A stretch of DNA of 64,000 nucleotides from NCBI GenBank assembly GCA_017480745.1, contig JAFUSA010000025.1:22122-86121 (forward strand). The letters are read 5' to 3'. Shown here in pieces: positions 1 to 7,003 of the stretch (positions are counted from its first letter, which is position 1; every line of letters starts with the position of its first letter). A program made the position numbers and the translations under genes. The DNA is from Alphaproteobacteria bacterium (GTDB taxonomy: Bacteria > Pseudomonadota > Alphaproteobacteria > RF32 > CAG-239). The notes beneath the pieces were generated by a model. It searched no databases, was not told the origin of the DNA, and worked only from the letters and a program-made list of their open reading frames with translations.

Positions 1-266
1 GGAATACCTCGCCCGTTATCGGTGATGGTAACCGTGCCATCGGCATTTACACTAACATCAATGTGATTAGCGTAGCCGGCAACGGCTTCATCCATTGAGT
101 TATCCAAAATTTCCGCCACCAAATGATGCATGGCTTGAATATCCGTCCCGCCGATATACATTCCCGGGCGATGTCGCACCGGTTCTAATCCCTCCAAAAC
201 CTCAATATCGGTTGCTGTATATTCTTCCTTGCTTTGAATTGCCGAAGATTCGAATAAATCCGCCAT
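1..266 (-). CDS. parE: Type IIA topoisomerase subunit B N-terminus (ParE-like). Only the 5' part is present; the gene runs off the window start.
   Basis: Minus-strand translation from the ATG at 266-264 gives [64 protein letters not shown]..., a GyrB/ParE GHKL ATPase N-terminus. [16 protein letters not shown] is the form I associate with alphaproteobacterial ParE. It is absent from the ORF track because it is truncated. Confidence 0.7.
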   Translation of the reverse strand, partial: MADLFESSAIQSKEEYTATDIEVLEGLEPVRHRPGMYIGGTDIQAMHHLVAEILDNSMDEAVAGYANHIDVSVNADGTVTITDNGRGI

Positions 267-441
267 TTTACCCTCTGAAATTTTATCAAATTGCCGTTAA
301 AATACCGCAAATACGTGGCAAATTCAAGCAAAAAAGCCGCTTCATAAACAAAAAACACATCCATATTATAAAATTTTCTGCTTTACTTTTTGTCAAAAAT
401 ATGCTAAAAAGCACTTGAACTTTTGCTAATGGATAAGAAAA

Positions 442-1413
442 ATGCCTGAAAATAACGAGCTTGTATATCATCAACAACAAACAAGAGATAATTCTGTTTT
501 GGCAAAAATTAAAAAAGGTATTATTCTGCTTGAAAAAACGTGGAGTTATCGCCATTTTCGCTCTTCAAGGCTTAATCCTTATCATACAAAATTGCAACGT
601 TTTGACGGTGAAACCATAGATGAAGCGCGAGCCAAAGCACGTGCGGAAAACTTGGATGAGTTTTTGTATGGTGATGTGCGTGTCAGTACGGAGCTTAATT
701 GTTCCATTCAGGAAGAATATGCTAAATATAAAAATGTGCGTCGCGGTTTTCATGATATTACCGATCGCATTCCGCGCGATAGTAACGGACAATTTGATTT
801 AACTGCCGAAGAACCTATTTTGATTGTTATAATTCCAATCAAAAATTCAAATGTTGGGCATGCCGCGTTGCAATATAAGGATAGGGTAGTTAATCGCCAG
901 CATTATAAAATGGATGTTAAACCGTTATATCCGCGTTATCGTGATTTGGGAGAATACTATTTTGTTTATCCGAGTCAAATCGGTGTTGATGAAAAACGTT
1001 TGCTGTGCGCCATTAATAAAGCTAATGTGGCCAGAGCAGGTTCTTATAATTTTATTTATAATAACTGTGCCGGAGCGGTTGATTATACATTAAAACAAGC
1101 CGGAGTTAAAGATTTGGACCATTATGGACCGGATAATTTGGGTGTATACTTTCCCTCACCGGGGAATAATCCGTTTCACATCGGTATTCAGGATTGGTGC
1201 CGCAAACACGGTATACACGTTTATTCTCGTGAGGTTGAGCAATATTATAAATATAACACCATGCCACATCACGAGCAAATTGCCGAAGAACATAAGTCTA
1301 AGCGTGAACGTTATTTAGAGCTCTCTGCGCGCAAAAAGCCACTGAATAAAATTCGTCGCAACTGTATGTATGTTTTGAAAAATTTTCTATCGGTAGCGCA
1401 TTATAATCACTGA
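442..1413 (+). CDS. Hypothetical protein with a His ... Asn-Asn-Cys motif, possibly a PPPDE or permuted-papain-type thiol peptidase
   Basis: 323-aa ORF containing NSNVGHAALQY and, about 70 aa later, YNFIYNNCAGAVDYTLKQAG. No obvious signal peptide. The family call rests on motif recall only. Confidence 0.45.
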   Translation: MPENNELVYHQQQTRDNSVLAKIKKGIILLEKTWSYRHFRSSRLNPYHTKLQRFDGETIDEARAKARAENLDEFLYGDVRVSTELNCSIQEEYAKYKNVRRGFHDITDRIPRDSNGQFDLTAEEPILIVIIPIKNSNVGHAALQYKDRVVNRQHYKMDVKPLYPRYRDLGEYYFVYPSQIGVDEKRLLCAINKANVARAGSYNFIYNNCAGAVDYTLKQAGVKDLDHYGPDNLGVYFPSPGNNPFHIGIQDWCRKHGIHVYSREVEQYYKYNTMPHHEQIAEEHKSKRERYLELSARKKPLNKIRRNCMYVLKNFLSVAHYNH

Positions 1414-1415
1414 AA

Positions 1416-1682
1416 CTATTGCCAACGCCCAAAGTGCGGATTTTGGATTTCTATATATGACGGAGGTACTTCCGAAAGATCTGTTTTGTGCGTATTTTCT
1501 TTGGCCACTTTATAAACCTCATCAGCAAAAGCCATTTTTGCCATATAAACTAAAAAAAGCGGACGTTCTAATTTTAGTTTGCCCATAACTTCCTCTAAGG
1601 CTTCAAAACTTTCGTAAATTGTGCTGACAAAAATCATACTATCTTCTAATTTAACAAACTCATTCTTATTTATTTTTTGCAT
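1416..1682 (-). CDS. Hypothetical small protein
   Basis: The ORF track gives 1416..1724. I prefer the ATG at 1682 (MQKINKNEF...) because GAGGT lies just upstream. No family recognised. Confidence 0.4.
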   Translation of the reverse strand: MQKINKNEFVKLEDSMIFVSTIYESFEALEEVMGKLKLERPLFLVYMAKMAFADEVYKVAKENTHKTDLSEVPPSYIEIQNPHFGRWQ

Positions 1683-1815
1683 TTTAACCTCAATCATAAT
1701 TATTGCTGTTGCGTTGAAAAACATAAGACTTAGTTTGCGGATATAAATATGATAACAAGCATATATTGACGCAAAATTAGGCTGAAAACAGGCGATTCGC
1801 GCATAATATATTTTT

Positions 1816-2004
1816 TTACATAATATTAAATTTTTTATTATTCGGATCTTTATTTAAAACAATTTTGTTGGGAACTACATAAATATTTTGGTTCCATCCC
1901 TCGACAACATCACTGATTATACCACTGTTTACCCCGAATCCGGTTTTAACTTTTTCGTTTGCCAAATTGCTTAAAAGCACATTGATAACATCTTTATTTT
2001 GCAT
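1816..2004 (-). CDS. Hypothetical small protein
   Basis: The ORF track gives 1816..2022 with a TTG start. The ATG at 2004 (MQNKDVINV...) is preceded by AAGGAG. No family recognised. Confidence 0.4.
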   Translation of the reverse strand: MQNKDVINVLLSNLANEKVKTGFGVNSGIISDVVEGWNQNIYVVPNKIVLNKDPNNKKFNIM

Positions 2005-2154
2005 AACAGACTCCTTCAACAACTATAATATATCGTTGATATTGCGCAAAAAAAGACAACCTAAACCAAAGTATATATTAAAAAAACAAAAAATATCTTG
2101 ACACAAAGGGAAGTGGAGTGGCGCGTAATTTTTTGTAGTGAACACAAAAAATAT

Positions 2155-2422
2155 TTGACATTTGAATTTTTTGTGCTATTATAAAATCAGAACTTCGGTT
2201 CGGAGCCTTAACAAGCTCGTAATATGTGCGGTGCATTTTGCATCGTTAAAATGACGTAATATATCTCCGATTTGGGTTGGGGAGCGTTCAATGGATGTTC
2301 AGGGCGGAAGCCTAAAGATTGGATGGATCATTTCACATATTATGGTTTGTTAACTCTCCCGACCGCCGTTTGGCGGTTGATTAGTTATTAACAACAATTT
2401 TTCTCAAGAAGGAGATTTAAAA
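2155..2422 (+). promoter_or_regulatory. Promoter plus structured 5' leader of prepilin-like paralog 1 (divergent member of the conserved leader family)
   Basis: TTGACA 2155-2160, 16-nt spacer, TGcTATTAT with -10 at 2177-2182. The leader has the family architecture: hairpin CTCC/GGAG (2264-2284), distal CTCTCCC 2354-2360, CCGCC-gttt-GGCGG 2363-2376, SD GGAGA 2411-2415. Confidence 0.6.
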
Positions 2423-3193
2423 ATGAAAACATATAAAACAGAATCCGGACGATCCATGATTGAAATGTTGGGCGTTTTGGCCATTATCGGCGTGTTGAGC
2501 GTGGGCGGTATCGCCGGATATTCAAAGGCGATGATGAAATATCGCATTAATAAATCCATTGAACAGATATCAATGATTGTTACCAATGTGCGCACTCTGT
2601 TTGGCAGCCAAAAGAATTATAAAGCTTTGGGAAATATCGGAACTTCTGATGCCACTAACGGCAATGGGAGTTTAATTGCCAAAGCCAAGTTATTTCCTGA
2701 TGAATTGTTAAACGGTACTACCGGTGTGGTTGATAATCCGAATCCGTTTGGTGGCAAAATTGAACTAATATATTCAGCACGCAATGCTGGTGATGAAAAG
2801 GCGTTTATGCTTATTTTTGACAGTATTCCGGAAGAAGCTTGTATGGATTTGGCAACTCAAAATTGGGGTTCTGCTTCCGGTTCCGGTTTGATTGCGATGG
2901 CAGTGGAACCCACAGCCGCTGCTGCCCCAGCAGCTGGAGGTAGTAGCGCAAGTGCTCCATCATCTGCTCCGTTGGAAGGTGCCGCAACACCTCAAGCTGG
3001 GACGGCTTTAACCACTCCTCTTGATGCTGTATATCAGGGTAAGTGCACTGATGCATCTGGAACGGGTTCATTAAAGGCAGCTTTAAGCGGTAAGATAAAA
3101 GGTGTTTGTGGCGGTCAAAATTCTATGAGTGCCAGTGATGCCGCTACGGCTTGTGAGGGTGATTCCAATACATTATATCTGAAATTTTACTAA
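2423..3193 (+). CDS. Prepilin-like protein (type IV pilin/pseudopilin-type N-terminal helix), paralog 1 of 7, with an Ala/Pro/Ser/Gly-rich low-complexity insert
   Basis: MKTYKTESG|RSMIEMLGVLAIIGVLSVGGIAGYSKAMMKYRINKSIEQI: Gly then Glu at +5 and a roughly 20-aa hydrophobic helix, as in class III signal peptides. Family motifs AKLFPDEL, PFGG and EEACMDLATQNW are present. Confidence 0.75.
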   Translation: MKTYKTESGRSMIEMLGVLAIIGVLSVGGIAGYSKAMMKYRINKSIEQISMIVTNVRTLFGSQKNYKALGNIGTSDATNGNGSLIAKAKLFPDELLNGTTGVVDNPNPFGGKIELIYSARNAGDEKAFMLIFDSIPEEACMDLATQNWGSASGSGLIAMAVEPTAAAAPAAGGSSASAPSSAPLEGAATPQAGTALTTPLDAVYQGKCTDASGTGSLKAALSGKIKGVCGGQNSMSASDAATACEGDSNTLYLKFY

Positions 3194-3317
3194 TAAGATA
3201 AGCGTCGGATAAGGAAACTTATTTCGGCGCAATTCCTTTGCGGTAAAGGCCTTAAATAACTTATTCAAAACTTCTCTAAAAAGGTCTTATGCCGTAAATG
3301 CAAGGCTCGCGAGCCAT

Positions 3318-3343
3318 ACGCCGGAACTTTTTTGTTCCGGCGT
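3318..3343 (+). terminator. Rho-independent terminator-like hairpin downstream of paralog 1
   Basis: ACGCCGGAAC-tttttt-GTTCCGGCGT perfect inverted repeat. Confidence 0.5.
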
Positions 3344-3389
3344 AAGTATTATGGCACAAATAAGTTATCATCGGGTATAAAATAAAAAA

Positions 3390-3418
3390 GCACCGGAAAT
3401 GTATATACATTCCGATGC
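3390..3418 (-). terminator. Terminator-like hairpin downstream of the 3437..3772 gene
   Basis: GCACCGGAAATGTATATACATTCCGATGC imperfect palindrome flanked by A/T runs on both sides. Confidence 0.5.
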
Positions 3419-3436
3419 TTTTTTATTGTTGCGTGC

Positions 3437-3772
3437 TTAATCTGGTTCAATAACCTTATGTATGTTATCTTTGATCTCGGGGGCTTTTTCCAAAAAACGC
3501 CACATAACAATCATCATTACAAGGCAAACCATAGAAGCGCTGATTCCGAAAGCCACAAATCCCAAAGTGGAAAGAAGCCAAAGTGCAATACGAACCCAAG
3601 GCTTAGAAGTTACTGCTGCCCAACAAGAGAACAAAACACCTCCTATAACTCCTATGAATAAAATCGAACCTGTATCCGGATCGTTTGAAGAATACTCCAT
3701 AGGATCATTTGCCACTAACAGAAATGCTATTGCATAAGCAATGCAAATCAGAAAAAAGTAAACTTTATTCAT
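3437..3772 (-). CDS. Small integral membrane protein (hypothetical)
   Basis: 111 aa with three or four hydrophobic segments (MNKVYFFLICIAYAIAFLLV..., ILFIGVIGGVLFSCWAAV..., LWLLSTLGFVAFGISASMVCLVMMIVMW). Confidence 0.55.
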   Translation of the reverse strand: MNKVYFFLICIAYAIAFLLVANDPMEYSSNDPDTGSILFIGVIGGVLFSCWAAVTSKPWVRIALWLLSTLGFVAFGISASMVCLVMMIVMWRFLEKAPEIKDNIHKVIEPD

Positions 3773-3791
3773 AAAAAATTTTTTTTTAAGT

Positions 3792-4121
3792 TTATACTAA
3801 GTGGAATCCTTCAAAACGCCGATGTGAAAACAATACGACGGCCAAAATAAAAACCACGACAGCAAACACACCACCGTAAAGTGCAAATGTAAAGCCAAAG
3901 AACATTGCTGCAATGTGCTTCAACTCAGGATCATCAGCAAGGGCAGGATCTGCAAGAATCTTGGCAATATAGTGAGCAAGAAAAGTTTCTAAAACTGCCC
4001 ACAAGGATATAACCACAGGAAAATGCACCGCACCAACGCTGTCAAGCACTGTTACAACCGGAGAGCATTCATTTGCCGCAATTAATGCAACAAACACACA
4101 GATGTAAATAATTTTGTTCAT
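3792..4121 (-). CDS. Small integral membrane protein (hypothetical)
   Basis: 109 aa with a hydrophobic N-terminus and a C-terminal helix FGFTFALYGGVFAVVVFILAVVLF. It lies in tandem with the preceding membrane ORF. Confidence 0.5.
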   Translation of the reverse strand: MNKIIYICVFVALIAANECSPVVTVLDSVGAVHFPVVISLWAVLETFLAHYIAKILADPALADDPELKHIAAMFFGFTFALYGGVFAVVVFILAVVLFSHRRFEGFHLV

Positions 4122-4282
4122 AATATTAATAATTTTTAGGTTTATACGCCTACATTACTACATTTAAAACAAATTTGCAATACACTATTTTAAATTCGCT
4201 GTAAAAAATTTTGCTACATTCAATTATTTTCGTCTTGCTTAATTATAATTTTAGTGATAAATCGGGAAAAGTTTTATTAAGG

Positions 4283-5719
4283 ATGGAAAAAATGGAGCAT
4301 AAATATAATCCTAAATCATTGATAGCCGATGAATTTATCAGCAATGATGAAATAGAAGAAAGCCTGCGGTATGCAGACGAAAATAAAAATAATTTGCCTC
4401 TTTTGCAAACAATTTTGCAAAAAGCGCGTTTGGAAAAAGGTTTAACACACCGCGAAGCCGCTGTTTTGTTAGCTTGCGATTTACCGGAAATAAACGAACA
4501 AATATTTTCTTTGGCACAGCAAATTAAAATAAATTATTACGGCAATCGTATGGTGTTGTTTGCGCCGCTTTACCTTTCTAACTATTGTGTGAACGGCTGT
4601 GTTTATTGTCCGTATCACGCTAAAAATAAACATATTTTCCGCAAAAAAATGACTCAGGATGAAATCAGGGACGAAGTGATTGCTTTGCAAGATATGGGGC
4701 ATAAGCGTTTGGCTATTGAATTGGGGGAAGATCCGGTAAATAATCCGATAGAATATGTTTTGGAAAGCCTGAAAACCATTTATTCAATCAAACACAAAAA
4801 CGGGGCGATTCGTCGTGTTAATGTTAATATTGCCGCCACCACGGTGGAAAACTATCGCAAATTAAAAGATGCCGGAATCGGAACTTATATTTTGTTTCAA
4901 GAAACATATAATCGGCAGTCATATGAAACATTGCACCCGACAGGACCAAAACATGATTATGCTTGGCACACCGAAGCTATGGATCGTGCAATGGAAGGTG
5001 GAATAGATGATGTCGGTATCGGCGTTTTGTTCGGACTTTCAACCTATCGCTACGAATTTACCGGCCTATTGATGCATGCCGAGCATTTGGAAGCCGTTCA
5101 CGGAGTTGGACCGCACACAATCAGTGTTCCGCGTTTGCGTCCGGCCGATGATATTGATACCAACGATTTCAAAGATTGTATCAATGACGATATATTTGCT
5201 AAAATTGTGGCATGTTTGCGCATAGCAGTGCCATATACCGGTATGATTATTTCAACAAGAGAAAGCAAAAAAACGCGTGAGCGCGTGCTTAAATTGGGTA
5301 TTTCGCAACTTTCAGGAGGTTCTAAAACTTCGGTCGGCGGATATAGTCATCCCGAGCGCGAAGAACCGAACTCTGCACAATTTGATGTTATAGATAACCG
5401 CACACTTGATGAAGTTATTAATTGGCTGATGACTATGGATTATATTCCAAGCTTTTGCACGGCATGCTATCGTGCCGGGCGAACGGGAGATCGCTTTATG
5501 GAACTTTGCAAAGCCAAACAAATCCATAATTGTTGCCATCCGAATGCATTATTGACTTTACAAGAGTATTTGTGTGATTATGCTTCACCGGAAACCAGAG
5601 AATTGGGAGAAAAACTGATAGCTAAAGAGTTGGCAACTTTATCTCCGCAGGTTGCTGCCACTACATCGGCATGGTTAGAAAAAATACGCAATAATACCGG
5701 CAGAGATTTCAGATTTTAA
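4283..5719 (+). CDS. hydG: [FeFe]-hydrogenase H-cluster radical SAM maturase HydG (ThiH/HydG family)
   Basis: Radical-SAM motif CVNGCVYCPY; about 478 aa from the ATG at 4283 (the track start at 4211 is TTG). The C-terminal motif FCTAC-X22-C (CX2CX22C) is the accessory cluster that distinguishes HydG from ThiH. Confidence 0.8.
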   Translation: MEKMEHKYNPKSLIADEFISNDEIEESLRYADENKNNLPLLQTILQKARLEKGLTHREAAVLLACDLPEINEQIFSLAQQIKINYYGNRMVLFAPLYLSNYCVNGCVYCPYHAKNKHIFRKKMTQDEIRDEVIALQDMGHKRLAIELGEDPVNNPIEYVLESLKTIYSIKHKNGAIRRVNVNIAATTVENYRKLKDAGIGTYILFQETYNRQSYETLHPTGPKHDYAWHTEAMDRAMEGGIDDVGIGVLFGLSTYRYEFTGLLMHAEHLEAVHGVGPHTISVPRLRPADDIDTNDFKDCINDDIFAKIVACLRIAVPYTGMIISTRESKKTRERVLKLGISQLSGGSKTSVGGYSHPEREEPNSAQFDVIDNRTLDEVINWLMTMDYIPSFCTACYRAGRTGDRFMELCKAKQIHNCCHPNALLTLQEYLCDYASPETRELGEKLIAKELATLSPQVAATTSAWLEKIRNNTGRDFRF

Positions 5720-5731
5720 GCGATTAAAGCT

Positions 5732-5768
5732 ACCCCAGACCGCCGATGATATGTCGGCAGTTTGGGGT
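5732..5768 (+). terminator. Terminator-like hairpin after hydG
   Basis: ACCCCAGACCGCCGA-tgatatg-TCGGCAGTTTGGGGT imperfect long stem. Confidence 0.5.
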
Positions 5769-5831
5769 TAAACAAAAATGTTTGTGTGTTGTATGCTTTG
5801 ATGTCTGATATTTGCTAAATACATAAAATAT

Positions 5832-5858
5832 AAAAAGCTCTCAAAACGAGAGCTTTTT
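5832..5858. terminator. Bidirectional terminator-like hairpin
   Basis: AAAAAGCTCTC-aaaac-GAGAGCTTTTT lying between convergent genes. Confidence 0.6.
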
Positions 5859-5879
5859 AAACAATGCAATCAGACCATT

Positions 5880-6752
5880 TTACCAACCAAACTCAAAGTG
5901 CTGTTCATCATACAAATCCCATGCTTTGTCGGCAACCCAATCAAACAGTTTTTGCATAAGTCCGTTGGGTTCAGTTGCAGCCATATCTTCCGGATGCCAT
6001 TGCACACACAAGATGTGTTTGCTGTAACATCCCCAAGCTTCCGGAACTCCATCCAACGAAGATGCATAGAATGCCAAGTAGGACTGCGAGAAGTTCGGGT
6101 GAAGAACTGTATCGTGCCGAGAATTTGTAGTAATACAACGGTGATACTTCAACAGTCGATACAACGGACTACGTAAATCAATGTGCACCCTGTGAGCCTT
6201 TTGACGACTACTGTTATGGATAATGTGGTCACGCAGGTGAGATGTGTCGCGATGAATCTTCACTCCCATCTCTCCGGCAACCATCTGAGCACCTTTATCG
6301 ATGGCCAATATCGGTATTTCCTTTTTGAGCGCAAAGCGAATACAGTCAATGTATGCTTTGGCAGTCGCTGAGGAAAATTCGGGAGAATCGGCGTTTCCGT
6401 CCACATAATAGCGCTCCGGTAAGTCAAAATCTCCGCAAGGAAGGACCAAAGCGTAGCAGTCTTGCATCTGAACCATACAGTGCTCATAGGTCAAAAAACA
6501 GAGGTTGACTTCTGTTCTTGCCAGGGCCAAAACATAGTTCTTAGGAACGGTGTATCCGTATTCTCCTTTTTGCATCAATAAAGCAACAAACGGAGAATCG
6601 GATGCCGGAACACGACAACCCAGACCGATATAATCTTTTCTGGAGAGAGAAAGCAGAGGGGTTTCCTGTTGTTTTTCCCATACTTTTAGTTGCTCTTCAG
6701 ATACACCGAATGCGTTTAACTCTTCAATGTACTTTAACTCAGAATGTATCAT
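5880..6752 (-). CDS. Class I glutamine amidotransferase-like / peptidase C26 (PuuD-like) family protein with Asp at the nucleophile position
   Basis: IPILAIDKGAQMVAGEMG aligns to the family motif IPIFAICRGLQ, with Cys replaced by Asp. NSRHDT aligns with NSLHGQ, and the C-terminal VQWHPE motif is present. Confidence 0.6.
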   Translation of the reverse strand: MIHSELKYIEELNAFGVSEEQLKVWEKQQETPLLSLSRKDYIGLGCRVPASDSPFVALLMQKGEYGYTVPKNYVLALARTEVNLCFLTYEHCMVQMQDCYALVLPCGDFDLPERYYVDGNADSPEFSSATAKAYIDCIRFALKKEIPILAIDKGAQMVAGEMGVKIHRDTSHLRDHIIHNSSRQKAHRVHIDLRSPLYRLLKYHRCITTNSRHDTVLHPNFSQSYLAFYASSLDGVPEAWGCYSKHILCVQWHPEDMAATEPNGLMQKLFDWVADKAWDLYDEQHFEFGW

Positions 6753-7003
6753 AACATAAATCTTACCTTAGGTTCTCTAAGGGGTCTTAAAAGTGAATAA
6801 TATTTAAATTATTATAAAGTGATTACATAATAGACGAAAAATTATTGGTTGTCAAATATTTTTTTTATGATGACACAAAAAAATTATTAATGTCGATAAT
6901 TTGCAGATTTGGCTAAATATTGTTTAATTGGGCGATGTTTACCAAAACTTAAATTTTTAAGGTTAAAATCAGGCAGATAATTTGTATAAGAAAGGCCTTT
7001 TGC

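Noticed and set aside
95-555. ORFs 95-418(+) and 286-555(-) at the window start
   Set aside because: The first overlaps the clearly homologous parE N-terminus on the opposite strand. The second spans the AT-rich promoter region. Neither has an RBS or a recognisable sequence.
2091-2160. Tandem ACAAAAAATAT(C/T)TTGACA repeats (two -35-like boxes at 2098-2103 and 2155-2160) upstream of paralog 1, considered as dual promoters
   Set aside because: Only the downstream box has a properly spaced TGnTATTAT -10. The upstream copy has no -10 at 16-18 nt, so the dual-promoter idea is unsupported.
2404-2595. Conserved antisense ORFs opposite the N-terminal coding region of every pilin paralog: 2404-2595, 12192-12503, 18715-18939, 24635-24841, 30261-30482, 50755-50991 and 58916-59116. 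All contain ...MRYFIIA.EYPAIPPTL.TPI.A.TP.ISI...
   Set aside because: Their conservation is just the mirror image of the conserved sense-strand RSMIEMLGVLAIIGVLSVGGIAGYSKAM region. They lack their own RBS and run into the leader RNA, so I treat them as shadow ORFs.
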